Below are positions 16,917 to 26,801 of a stretch of 35,374 nucleotides of DNA, piece by piece. The notes below the pieces were generated by a model that was given only the letters and a program-made list of their open reading frames with translations, ran no database searches and had not been told where the DNA came from. Source of the DNA: an uncultured Bacilli bacterium (lineage in GTDB: Bacteria; Bacillota_I; Bacilli_A; RF39; UBA660); assembly GCA_944372205.1 (NCBI GenBank), contig CALVYM010000003.1, positions 1 to 35,374 on the forward strand. The letters run 5' to 3'. The first letter of the stretch is position 1, and each line of letters begins with the position of its first letter. Position numbers and translations under genes: made by a program.

Positions 16917-19397
16917 CTAGATTTTAAAATCTTTAACAAAATCATTAAAAGATAATTGTTCTTCTTTATTCTCTTTTATTTCTTCCTTTTTTTCTTCTTT
17001 AGTTATTAAATTAACATCAACTGGTTTTAAAGCCCATAAGTCTACTTGTTTTTTAATAATACTACCAGTACTTGCTATATCCATAATAGGTATTTCACTA
17101 TTTTTAATCTCTTTAATATCACTATCAATTTTACACAAGTTGACATCTTTACTATTAGTTAAATAAGCATAATCTAATTTATAATCTTTAGTTTTAGCTT
17201 TTTTAAATAACATATTGCCTTTTTTAGCTCGTGATATTAAAGATAAATCACTTAATTTAATTCTTTTGCCAGTACTTAGATTAGTAAATATATTTAAATA
17301 TTCATCTTCTTCTTTAATACTTGCTCCATATATGACATAATCATCTTTTAAATTAATTCCTTTAACACCACTAGCTTTAAGGCCCACAACTGGGATTTCA
17401 CTAGTTTTAAATAGAAGATGAAAACCATTATGAGTAACAAATAAGGTTTCTTCTTTAGCGGTTGTAACATTAACAAGTTCATCGTCATTCTTTAGCTTTA
17501 TAGCCATCATTGGTTTAGAATATCTTGTTACTTCAAAGTCTTTTAAAGCTACTTGTTTAGTTAAACCATTTTTTGTAAACATTACGACATTTTTCTTTTT
17601 ATCTTTTAAAACTATACTAGCAATTATTTTTTCTTCTTCTTTAATAAGTACTGTATTACTAATATGTTTACCTAAATCTTTCCATTTACATTCTGCTATT
17701 TTATGAACAGGAACATATAAATAATTTCCTAGATTAGTAAATAACAATAAAGTATCTTGCGTAGTTACAAAATATTTTGAACGAACAAAGTCTCCAGGTT
17801 TTAGAGCTGTTTCATCAGTTGCCAAGTTATAACTTTTAAGACTAACTCTTTTTACATAACCCTCATTAGTAACTACAACTACTACCTTTTCATTTGGTAT
17901 CATTTCTTTTAAATCTACTTTTATCTCAGAAACTTCATCAACAATTTGTGTTTTTCGCGGGTTTGCATATTTCTTTTTAACTTCCCTTAGTTCTGATTTC
18001 ATAACACCTTTTAGTTTAGCTTCATCATTTAATATTTCTTCGCAATCCTTAATTAATCCTTCTAGTTTTTTGCTTTCTTCCTCTAGTGTTACAATATCTG
18101 TATTAGTTAAACGATATAGTTGCAATGTTACGATAGCTTCAGCTTGCTCTATAGTAAATGAAAAAGTTTTAACTAAATTTTCTTTAGCATCAGCTTTATT
18201 TTTACTGGCTCTAATAACTTTAATTACTTCATCAAGTACTGATATAGCTTTAATTAAACCCTCGATTATATGATAATTTTTCTTATAAAAAGCTAAATCA
18301 AATTCTGTTCTTTTAGTAATTGTTTCTCTTAAGTGAGCAATGTAGGCATCAAGTATTTCCAGTATTCCTAAAGTTTTAGGAGTTCTATTTACTATTGCTA
18401 CACAATTATAATTATATGCTACTTGTAATTCAGTGTTTTTAAGTAAATAATTGATAATAAAATCTTTATTAGCATTTGCTTTTAAATCAATTACTATTCT
18501 TAAACCTTCTCTATCAGTTTCATCACGAACTTCAGCAATACCTTCGATCTTTTTATCAATTCTAATGCTTTCCATTTTTGATACTAAATTTTGTTTATTA
18601 ACTTCAAAAGGTATTTCCGTAATAATTATTTGTTCTTTACCTTTTTCTTTTTTAAATTCATATTTACTACGAACTATTACTTTACCGCGGCCAGTTTTAA
18701 ATGCATCAATTATTCCTTGCTTACCTTCTGCTATTCCTCCGGTAGGAAAATCCGGACCTTTTACTATTTCTAAAATAGTATCTAAATAACAATTCGGAGA
18801 ATCAATTCTCTTAATTGTTGCATCAATTATTTCTCCCAAATTGTGTGGCGGAATATTTGTTGCATATCCTGCTGAAATACCATTAGTACCATTTACTAAA
18901 AGATTTGGAAATTTAGCTGGAAGAACGGTTGGTTCAAGTAATCTATCATCAAAATTAGGAGCCCAAGCAACTGTATTTTTATCTAAATCTTTAAGTAACT
19001 CTCCACTAATTGGGGCAAGTCTTGCTTCAGTATACCGGTAGGCGGCGGCAGGATCGCCATCCATAGAACCGTTATTACCATGGATATCAATTAAAATATG
19101 ATTTTGTTTCCACCACTGAGACATTCTAACCATTGCATCATATACGGAAGAGTCCCCATGTGGGTGATACTTACCTAGGACATCTCCAACAGTTGTTGCA
19201 CATTTAAGATATCCTTTATCCCAAGTATTACCAGCTTTAAACATCGCATATAAAATGCGTCTTTGAACAGGTTTAAGGCCATCCCGAACATCAGGTATTG
19301 CTCTATCTTGAATTATTTCTTTAGCATATTTTGCAAATCTATCTCCCATGATTTCTTCAAGGGAATAATCTTCAATTTTCTTTAATATATTTTCCAT
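16917..19397 (-). CDS. parC: DNA topoisomerase IV subunit A
   Basis: DRAIPDVRDGLKPVQRR, HPHGDSS, AAYRYTEAR catalytic Tyr; no GyrA-box seen; follows parE. Confidence 0.96.
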   Translation of the reverse strand: MENILKKIEDYSLEEIMGDRFAKYAKEIIQDRAIPDVRDGLKPVQRRILYAMFKAGNTWDKGYLKCATTVGDVLGKYHPHGDSSVYDAMVRMSQWWKQNHILIDIHGNNGSMDGDPAAAYRYTEARLAPISGELLKDLDKNTVAWAPNFDDRLLEPTVLPAKFPNLLVNGTNGISAGYATNIPPHNLGEIIDATIKRIDSPNCYLDTILEIVKGPDFPTGGIAEGKQGIIDAFKTGRGKVIVRSKYEFKKEKGKEQIIITEIPFEVNKQNLVSKMESIRIDKKIEGIAEVRDETDREGLRIVIDLKANANKDFIINYLLKNTELQVAYNYNCVAIVNRTPKTLGILEILDAYIAHLRETITKRTEFDLAFYKKNYHIIEGLIKAISVLDEVIKVIRASKNKADAKENLVKTFSFTIEQAEAIVTLQLYRLTNTDIVTLEEESKKLEGLIKDCEEILNDEAKLKGVMKSELREVKKKYANPRKTQIVDEVSEIKVDLKEMIPNEKVVVVVTNEGYVKRVSLKSYNLATDETALKPGDFVRSKYFVTTQDTLLLFTNLGNYLYVPVHKIAECKWKDLGKHISNTVLIKEEEKIIASIVLKDKKKNVVMFTKNGLTKQVALKDFEVTRYSKPMMAIKLKNDDELVNVTTAKEETLFVTHNGFHLLFKTSEIPVVGLKASGVKGINLKDDYVIYGASIKEEDEYLNIFTNLSTGKRIKLSDLSLISRAKKGNMLFKKAKTKDYKLDYAYLTNSKDVNLCKIDSDIKEIKNSEIPIMDIASTGSIIKKQVDLWALKPVDVNLITKEEKKEEIKENKEEQLSFNDFVKDFKI

Positions 19398-19400
19398 TTA

Positions 19401-21305
19401 TTACACCGCCCTGTAATTATCTTCCATAGTAAATACCACATTTTCGTTAATCCATTCCTTGCGGGGTTCTACTTTATCTCCCATTAAGACATTTACGCGT
19501 TTTTCCGCTAGAGCAGCATCATTAATATTAACCCGGATTAAACTACGAGTTAGAGGATTCATCGTTGTATCCCAAAGTTGATCAGGATTCATCTCTCCTA
19601 ACCCCTTATATCTTTGAATAGAATATTTACCAGTATTTTCTCTTTTAATACTCTCTAATTCTTCATCAGAATAAGCATAATATTTTTTCTTGCCATAATC
19701 AAGTTTATATAGCGGAGGCATAGCAATATAAAGTTTCCCCGCTTCAATAAGTCCTCGCATATAACGATAGAAAAATGTTAAAAGTAATATTTGAATATGT
19801 GCTCCATCAACATCGGCATCAGTCATGATAATTACTTTATCATAATTAGAGTCATTTACATCAAAATCCGCACCAACACCCGCTCCAATAGTATAAATTA
19901 AAGTATTTATTTCTTCATTTTTCATAAGTTCATCAATACTTGATTTTTCACTATTGATAACTTTACCACGTAAAGGAAGAATCGCTTGGAATTTTCTATC
20001 TCTACCACCTTTAGCAGAGCCTCCAGCTGAGTCTCCTTCCACAATAAATAGTTCATTAATTTTAGCATTTTTACTGCCTGCTGGAGCAAGCTTACTAGAT
20101 AAATTTCTTTCTTGTTTTTTATTTTTGCCGTTTCTCGCATCTTCTCTTGCTTTACGAGCGGCTTCTCTTGCTACTTTACTTTTCATAGCTTTATCAAGGA
20201 TCAAAGTTGCTACTTCCTTATTTTCTTCTAAATAAAATTTAAGTGCTTCATAAGTAATACTTTCTGTTACACTTCTGGCCTCAGGTGTTCCAAGTTTACC
20301 TTTAGTTTGTCCTTCAAATTGCAATAACTCTTCAGGTATTCTAAGACTTATTATTGCTGATAATCCTTCACGGACATCAGATCCATCAAGTGTTCCATCT
20401 TTAGCTTTAAATATATTATTATTTTTAGCATAATCATTAAAAGCTTTGGTAATACCTGTTTTAAAACCAACTTCATGAGACCCCCCATCAATTGTTTTAA
20501 CATTATTAACAAATGATAAAATATTTTCATTATAAGTATCAGTATATTGCATAGCAATATTTACTTCAATTTTACTTTTAGTATTACTAAAATTAATTAC
20601 TTTATGTAAGGTATTTTTTCCTTCATTCATATATTCTACAAAACTAATTAATCCATTATCATAATGAAATTTAGATTGCTTTTTATCTTCTTCATCAATT
20701 ACTTCAATTGTAAGACCACTTAATAAAAAGGCACTTTCTTGCATTCTTTCAACAATTGTTGTATAAGAAAACTTTGTATCTTTAAAAATACTTGGATCGG
20801 GCATAAACTTAACAATTGTTCCTGTTTTATTGGTTTTACCAACAGTTTTAAGTGGTGTTTTAACGTGTCCTCCATTTTCAAATTCGATCATTGAAATAAC
20901 GCCATCACGATAAATTACTACTTGCATCGATTTAGATAAGGCATTAACAACTGAAGCTCCAACACCATGAAGTCCTCCGCTCACCTTATAGCCATCTTCA
21001 GTAAATTTTCCACCAGCATGAAGAATGGTATAAATAACTTCAGGTGTAGGTTTTCCAGATGCATGCATGCCAATTGGTACACCACGCCCATTATCAGCAA
21101 CAGTAATACTTCCATCTTTATTAATAATTACTTTAATATAATTACCATAGCCATTTATTACTTCATCTATTGAATTATCAACAATTTCCCAAACTAAATG
21201 ATGTAGACCTCTTTTGTCTGTTGAACCAATATACATACCAGGTCTTTTTCGAACAGCATCAAGTCCTTCGAGAATTTTTATTGATGATTCATCATATTTT
21301 GCCAT
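19401..21305 (-). CDS. parE: DNA topoisomerase IV subunit B
   Basis: VRKRPGMYIG, GGLHGVG, VEGDSAGGS, PLRGK, DADVDG, RYKGLGEMN; C-terminal GDKVEPRKEWI. Confidence 0.96.
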   Translation of the reverse strand: MAKYDESSIKILEGLDAVRKRPGMYIGSTDKRGLHHLVWEIVDNSIDEVINGYGNYIKVIINKDGSITVADNGRGVPIGMHASGKPTPEVIYTILHAGGKFTEDGYKVSGGLHGVGASVVNALSKSMQVVIYRDGVISMIEFENGGHVKTPLKTVGKTNKTGTIVKFMPDPSIFKDTKFSYTTIVERMQESAFLLSGLTIEVIDEEDKKQSKFHYDNGLISFVEYMNEGKNTLHKVINFSNTKSKIEVNIAMQYTDTYNENILSFVNNVKTIDGGSHEVGFKTGITKAFNDYAKNNNIFKAKDGTLDGSDVREGLSAIISLRIPEELLQFEGQTKGKLGTPEARSVTESITYEALKFYLEENKEVATLILDKAMKSKVAREAARKAREDARNGKNKKQERNLSSKLAPAGSKNAKINELFIVEGDSAGGSAKGGRDRKFQAILPLRGKVINSEKSSIDELMKNEEINTLIYTIGAGVGADFDVNDSNYDKVIIMTDADVDGAHIQILLLTFFYRYMRGLIEAGKLYIAMPPLYKLDYGKKKYYAYSDEELESIKRENTGKYSIQRYKGLGEMNPDQLWDTTMNPLTRSLIRVNINDAALAEKRVNVLMGDKVEPRKEWINENVVFTMEDNYRAV

Positions 21306-21375
21306 TTTTATTCACCCTAAACCATTATATCAAGAAAAACTAAAGAAAATCAAGAAAAAACAACCAAATGGTTGC

Positions 21376-22245
21376 TTAACGATTAATATTATATGTTTCT
21401 CCAGTTATATTATCAATACTAGGGCCATCCTTTTTTTCGTCCTTTTTTAATGAAGGAAGTTCTATATTCTCATCATCAGCAATTGTAAACAAACTAAATT
21501 TTTTAGGTTGTTCTTCAATCTTTTCTTCTACTACATTTTCTTGAGTTTTTTCTTCATTTTTATTATTTACAAAAACTGAACTAAATACTTGTGGTCGTGG
21601 TGTATATTTCTTTTCTTCGTTTCTATCTTTTAATCTAGTTGGTATTTCTTCTTTTTCTTCTATTTTTCTATCTAATCTTGAAGGAATAACTTCTTCATCA
21701 ACAAATAAAGGTTTCCACTCTTCTTTCTTTTCTTCTTTTGTTATATCAATATTATTAAATTCTTGTTTTAATTTTTCAAATTCTGATAAATCTTTAGATA
21801 AGTCATCATTGTCCAATGAAAACATCGGCTTTTCTTCTGCTTCCTTAGGCAATTCCGGTTTAAAAGTTGTAATTTCTACATCAGTTGGTTCTTTTGGTAA
21901 TTGTGGTTTTATTTCTTCTTCACCATCTTTAACTAAAGGTAGACTTTGAGTTTCATCAAAAATTGATTTAACAGGTTTTTCTTCCTTTACTACATCTTCT
22001 TTTATTACCACTTCAGGAACTTTTTCTTCTTTTGGTTCTGGAACTTCTACTTTTTTAGGGTCTTCTTTTTCTTCTTTAAAAGTATCTAATTCTATTTTTT
22101 GTAATCTTTTAGTTTCTTCTAATTTTTGATCTTTTTTACCAAAGAAAAATATCACTACAAAAAGTATAATTAAAACTACCAAAGCAATTGTTAAATATAA
22201 AACAAAATTATCATTTTGATATAATTCATATATAAAGTCCATCAT
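21376..22245 (-). CDS. Membrane-anchored, E/K/P-rich low-complexity protein
   Basis: One N-terminal TM then a long acidic, probably disordered region; SD GAGGTG. Confidence 0.8.
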   Translation of the reverse strand: MMDFIYELYQNDNFVLYLTIALVVLIILFVVIFFFGKKDQKLEETKRLQKIELDTFKEEKEDPKKVEVPEPKEEKVPEVVIKEDVVKEEKPVKSIFDETQSLPLVKDGEEEIKPQLPKEPTDVEITTFKPELPKEAEEKPMFSLDNDDLSKDLSEFEKLKQEFNNIDITKEEKKEEWKPLFVDEEVIPSRLDRKIEEKEEIPTRLKDRNEEKKYTPRPQVFSSVFVNNKNEEKTQENVVEEKIEEQPKKFSLFTIADDENIELPSLKKDEKKDGPSIDNITGETYNINR

Positions 22246-22365
22246 ACTAGAACACCTCTTTTTATCTTATATTTAAATATTATCAAAAATATGTTAAAAA
22301 GTAAATGATTTTATGAATTATTTTACATTTTTAGGCATTTTTAATTAACAAATAAATCAATAATG

Positions 22366-22393
22366 AAAAAGTAGCATTAATTTGCTACCTTTT
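22366..22393 (-). terminator. Intrinsic terminator after yneF
   Basis: gtagca...tgctac stem (22371-22388) with an A run on the + strand. Confidence 0.65.
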
Positions 22394-22610
22394 ATTTATA
22401 CCTATTCATTTGTTGCATAACTTGTTTAACTTGTTTTTGACTTGGTTTTCTTCCCATGCTACTCATCATCGCTTCAATCATTTTTTCATTAATCGGAGGA
22501 TTTTTATCAATTTGTTTTTTCAAGAAATACCTTGCTAGAAAAAAGCCAATTATTAAGCCAACAACAAGGCCAATTACTAAATATAATATTAGTTGTCCCA
22601 AAATTATCAC
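22392..22610 (-). CDS. yneF: YneF / UPF0154 family protein
   Basis: GFFLAR...NPPINEKMI..MM..MGRKPSQKQVKQ signature. Confidence 0.93.
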   Translation of the reverse strand: MIILGQLILYLVIGLVVGLIIGFFLARYFLKKQIDKNPPINEKMIEAMMSSMGRKPSQKQVKQVMQQMNRYK

Positions 22611-22648
22611 CTCACTTTAATTTTACTATAAATTCCCCTTTTTAACAA

Positions 22649-23641
22649 CTATTCTTTATAATATCTTTGATTTTTACTGGTTGGTTTATTTTCTTCAGTC
22701 ATTTTAATTAAATTCATATCAAGCGCTGGTTGAATATAATTTTCTCTAAATGATTTTCGCGATTTTAAATTTAATTTATCCATAAGTTCTTTACTACTCA
22801 TAGGTATTCCCGTATCCATTACCTCCAATAATTTGTTTACATATTCATTTCTATGAGATACTTCTTTATTTATATCCTCTATTAATGATGTTAATGTCTC
22901 ATCAATCATTTTTAACATAAATTCCATAAATATTGTACTATCACCCTTATTATTACATTCATTAATAGCTTTATAATAATCATTTTGATAATCTTTTATT
23001 AAACTTTCAATCGGCACATAGGCAAAAATTTCTTTCCAATCAGCAAGAATCATAGTTTGCCACAATCTAGCCATTCTACCATTACCATCTTGAAATGGAT
23101 GAATAAAGACAAACTCATAATGAAATAGTGAAGATAAAATTAATGGATTAACATTATTTTTTTCTTTATTTAAATAATCAAATAAATTATTCATAAGTGT
23201 TAAAACCATATCTGGTGGTGGCGCAATAAATATGCAATTTCCCGCTTCATCAAAAACACCTTCATTACCACTTCTGAATTTTCCAGATTCATCAACTAAC
23301 ATATCAGTCATTATTTTATGTATTTTTAATAAATTATGTATATTATATGGACTGATGTGTCCTATTTGTTCATATGCCTTATAAGCATTTTTTACTTCTC
23401 TTATTTCTTTTTCAGGTCCAATAACCGTTTTACCATTAATTACATCTTTAACTTGATTTTCAGATAAATTATTTTCTTCAATAGCAAGTGTCGAGTGAAC
23501 AGAATGAATACGCATATTTTTTCTTAAAATTGGTATTTTATTAAAATTATCATAATTATTAATCCTACCAATTTTTTCCATAATACTAGCAACATAATCT
23601 AACATAGTATTTGTAATTGAGTAAGGTGGTTTATAATCCAT
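22649..23641 (-). CDS. Fic family protein (N-terminal inhibitory helix) with C-terminal winged-helix domain
   Basis: Canonical HPFQDGNGRMAR; STLAIEENN alpha-inh-like motif; C-terminal ELMDKLNLKSRKSFRENYIQPAL...KPTSKNQRY. Confidence 0.92.
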   Translation of the reverse strand: MDYKPPYSITNTMLDYVASIMEKIGRINNYDNFNKIPILRKNMRIHSVHSTLAIEENNLSENQVKDVINGKTVIGPEKEIREVKNAYKAYEQIGHISPYNIHNLLKIHKIMTDMLVDESGKFRSGNEGVFDEAGNCIFIAPPPDMVLTLMNNLFDYLNKEKNNVNPLILSSLFHYEFVFIHPFQDGNGRMARLWQTMILADWKEIFAYVPIESLIKDYQNDYYKAINECNNKGDSTIFMEFMLKMIDETLTSLIEDINKEVSHRNEYVNKLLEVMDTGIPMSSKELMDKLNLKSRKSFRENYIQPALDMNLIKMTEENKPTSKNQRYYKE

Positions 23642-23665
23642 AATATCACTTCCTAATACAATATT

Positions 23666-23694
23666 ATTATACCATTTATAGCAGAGAAAAGCAA
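23666..23694 (-). promoter_or_regulatory. sigmaA promoter of fic
   Basis: TTGCTT-N17-TATAAT with TG extension. Confidence 0.75.
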
Positions 23695-23696
23695 AT

Positions 23697-23732
23697 TATC
23701 TTAGGTGCTATCTTAGGTGTTATCTTAGGTGT
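23697..23732. repeat. 3 x 12-bp tandem repeat TATCTTAGGTG(C/T)
   Basis: Copies at 23697, 23709 and 23721, filling the gap between the sirA stop and the fic -35. Confidence 0.95.
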
Positions 23733-24149
23733 TTATAATCTAATTAATTCTTCTAACCAGAAATAATCTTTGTTTTCAAAATCACAGGCGAATAGTTCAT
23801 TAAGAGGTAAAAATTTTCTAATATTTTTATTAATAATATTAGTTTTAAGTAAAATATGTGAGTTTCTTACCAAAATGTTTGTTTCTTCCTTACGATATTT
23901 ATTAACTATTTTATGATTGTCTCCAACTTTCATATAAAAATCATTATCTTTATTTAAATCATAAATTAATTTATTATACTTAAGTTTATCTATTGGTACT
24001 ATTAAATCATCTAATAAATCTTTACCATAACCAATATTAGCTTTATCAAGTAAATATATCCCTTCTAAAGATTTAAATAAATTATAAGGAGATTCCCTTA
24101 ATAATAAAGTCATACTACGATTAATTCTAAAAATATAAAAAGTCCGCAT
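23733..24149 (-). CDS. sirA: Sporulation inhibitor of replication SirA-like protein
   Basis: MRTFYIFRI N-terminus, FACDFENKDYFWL C-terminus, tkt-sirA-yneF synteny; start set at ATG 24149 (SD GGGTGA). Confidence 0.75.
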   Translation of the reverse strand: MRTFYIFRINRSMTLLLRESPYNLFKSLEGIYLLDKANIGYGKDLLDDLIVPIDKLKYNKLIYDLNKDNDFYMKVGDNHKIVNKYRKEETNILVRNSHILLKTNIINKNIRKFLPLNELFACDFENKDYFWLEELIRL

Positions 24150-24166
24150 TATTATCACCCAGATAT

Positions 24167-24210
24167 ATGATAACACACGGAACTTAAAAAATTTGTCAGA
24201 TTATGTCGAT
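24167..24210 (-). promoter_or_regulatory. Spo0A-activated-type promoter of sirA
   Basis: Degenerate 0A boxes TGTCAGA (24194-24200) and TGTCGAT (24204-24210) on +; GTGTGTTATCAT extended -10 on minus. Confidence 0.6.
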
Positions 24211-26199
24211 AGATACATCTTTTGTTAAAAAACTAGCAATACTTGCTAAAATAGTAGCTTTATCAAACTTTAAATACTTTGCAACATCTTCGCTTTTACC
24301 ACTCATACCAAAGCGATTTATCCCATAGATGTATTCTGGTTTAGTTGCAAAACGGTTCCAAATTAAACTAGCACCTGCCTCAATTACAAATGTTGGAACA
24401 TCTTTTGGTAGTAATTGTTCTTCGTATTTAGGATTTTGTTTTAAGAAAAGTTCCATTGATGGCATTGAGACCACTCTTGTATCTATGCCCATAGTAAACA
24501 ATTCTTTAGAAATATCTACTGCCATTGCTACTTCACTACCAGTTGCAATTATAACTCCATCTAAACGAAATTTTTCTTTACGAATCATGTATGCCCCATA
24601 TTTAACAAATTTGGCATTAGTATTTTTTAGTTTGCTTCTTTTTTCTTTACTAAGCACTAAAGCTGTTGGACAATTGTTTTTTAAAATATATTCCCATGAA
24701 CCCATTATTTCGTTAATATCTGCTGGTCTAAAAGTGATGAAATTCGGAGTGGTTCTTAACATTGTAAGTTGTTCAACAGGTTCATGCGTTGGGCCATCTT
24801 CTCCAACATATATGGAATCATGAGTGTAAATGTAAGTTACTGGTAAATTCATTAAAGCAGACATACGAATCGCTGGTTTTTGATAATCACTAAAACTTAA
24901 AAATGTCGATGCGAATACTTTTAAATTTGATAGTGCCATGCCATTAAGAATTGCCCCCATTGCATGTTCTCTTACACCAAAATAAATATTTTTACCTACG
25001 GGATTATCAGGACTTTGAATAGTTGATTTATCTAAGTTTGTTTTGCAACTGGATGAAAGATCAGCAGAACCACCTAGAAAGAAAGGACTTTTTGGAGATA
25101 TAAAATTCATAATTTTATGATTACTTTCCCTTAATTCTTCGCTATATTCATCACTTATTTTAAACTTTGTATCATCAAAATCAATAACAAAAGCATTTCT
25201 TTCAAGTAAATTAAATAATGAATTTAAACCAAAATTATTAGTTTCTTTAATATCAGTGTATTCTTCTTCCCAATTTTTAAAAATCGGAGCCATTCTCTTA
25301 TTAATAGTATTTAATATATGTTCTTTATATTTACTATCTACTGTAAATGGTTCACTAGTAATTTTAAATTTTTCTTTTAAATTACTTAAATCTTCTTTTG
25401 TTAAAGGTTTACCATGAACTTTATTTGTTCCTTCATTAATTGAATCTTTACCAATTATGGTATGACATATTATAATACTTGGTCTATCGCTTTTTTTAGC
25501 TTGTTTTATGGCTTTTGATACTTCTGTATAATCAGTAGCATTCTTAACTTCAAAAATATCAAAATCTAATGCTTCAAAACGAATAGCTATATCTTCCGTA
25601 AAAGTAATATTAGTATCACTATCTAGGCTAACTTGATTACAATCATATAATATAATTAATTTATTTAAATTTTGAGTACTAGCAAAAGATAATGCTTCAT
25701 AAGAAATACCTTCCATTAAATCACCATCACCACAAAAACAATAAGTATAATAATCAATTAACTTTGTATTTTTCTTTTCGATATTAGCAATAGCATTTAA
25801 ATACCTCTCAGCCATAGCCATACCAACAGCCATACCAATGCCTTGTCCTAATGGTCCAGTTGTTACATCAATTCCTGGTGTAACTTTATATTCTGGATGA
25901 CCTGGGGTAAGAGAATTAAGTGATCTAAATTGTTTTAATTCATCCATATCAATATTAAAGCCAGCATGATAAAGCATAGAATATAAAAGAGCTGAACCAT
26001 GACCTGCTGACATTACAAAACGGTCTCTATTAACCCAATCTGGTTTGCTTGGTATTACATTTAAATGATCTTTATATAAAGCATAAAGAATCGGAGCAGC
26101 TCCCAAAACTATGCCTGGATGACCACTACCTGCTTTATCAATCATGTCTAGTGCTAATACTTTAATACTATTAATAGCTTCATTATCAATTTTACTCAT
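24196..26199 (-). CDS. tkt: Transketolase
   Basis: SGHPG, NRDRFVMSAGHGS, TGPLGQG, GDGDLMEG, FGVREHAM, THDSI..GEDGPTHEP. Confidence 0.98.
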   Translation of the reverse strand: MSKIDNEAINSIKVLALDMIDKAGSGHPGIVLGAAPILYALYKDHLNVIPSKPDWVNRDRFVMSAGHGSALLYSMLYHAGFNIDMDELKQFRSLNSLTPGHPEYKVTPGIDVTTGPLGQGIGMAVGMAMAERYLNAIANIEKKNTKLIDYYTYCFCGDGDLMEGISYEALSFASTQNLNKLIILYDCNQVSLDSDTNITFTEDIAIRFEALDFDIFEVKNATDYTEVSKAIKQAKKSDRPSIIICHTIIGKDSINEGTNKVHGKPLTKEDLSNLKEKFKITSEPFTVDSKYKEHILNTINKRMAPIFKNWEEEYTDIKETNNFGLNSLFNLLERNAFVIDFDDTKFKISDEYSEELRESNHKIMNFISPKSPFFLGGSADLSSSCKTNLDKSTIQSPDNPVGKNIYFGVREHAMGAILNGMALSNLKVFASTFLSFSDYQKPAIRMSALMNLPVTYIYTHDSIYVGEDGPTHEPVEQLTMLRTTPNFITFRPADINEIMGSWEYILKNNCPTALVLSKEKRSKLKNTNAKFVKYGAYMIRKEKFRLDGVIIATGSEVAMAVDISKELFTMGIDTRVVSMPSMELFLKQNPKYEEQLLPKDVPTFVIEAGASLIWNRFATKPEYIYGINRFGMSGKSEDVAKYLKFDKATILASIASFLTKDVSIDII

Positions 26200-26264
26200 A
26201 TTTTCACATCCTTATATCTTAATAATAACATAAATGGGAAAAAAAATAAACAACTAGTAGCTGT

Positions 26265-26753
26265 TTATCTTTGAATAAAACATAGATTAAGAACAAATAG
26301 GAATGATGCTCCTACTTTAATTGGAGCTTTAAATTTAGCACACTCATATAAAGCCACAAATTTATCAGCACTAGATACTACCCAACTACCAATATTTTTT
26401 GGTAATGTTTTAGAAATTGGAAACATATGAGCGGCAATAATGTTTTCTTGTTTTTGAGTTAAATCAAAATTGTTTTGAGCATTTTTTAAAGCCATATTAG
26501 GATGATTTATAAATGCTTTATTTGTTACTTCAACATTTTTAAAAAAATCATGTAATAAAGCTGCTCTAGTTATTTCTTCATAATTTTTAATTTTTAATTT
26601 TTTACAAGTTTGATATGTAACTTTTGCAACATGTAGTGAATGATCAAGACGAGAAATACCATGATGTATTTCATATTTTAAAGCAATAAATTCATTATTT
26701 TTAAGTATATCATTAACTATATTATTAAATTCTATTTCTTTTTTTAATGTCAT
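26265..26753 (-). CDS. HD-domain phosphohydrolase
   Basis: HH..SRLDHS, RAALLHDFF, HP, HMFP, ADK. Confidence 0.9.
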   Translation of the reverse strand: MTLKKEIEFNNIVNDILKNNEFIALKYEIHHGISRLDHSLHVAKVTYQTCKKLKIKNYEEITRAALLHDFFKNVEVTNKAFINHPNMALKNAQNNFDLTQKQENIIAAHMFPISKTLPKNIGSWVVSSADKFVALYECAKFKAPIKVGASFLFVLNLCFIQR

Positions 26754-26801
26754 TTTAACCTCACATTAATAAATTATATCACTTTTGGGTATTTTTTTGA
26801 A

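Noticed and set aside
16917-21305. Topoisomerase genes as gyrB/gyrA or quinolone-resistant alleles
   Set aside because: Context near tkt-yneF, no GyrA-box seen and a ParE-type C-terminus indicate topo IV; the QRDR (GDSSVYD) retains the Ser and acidic residues.
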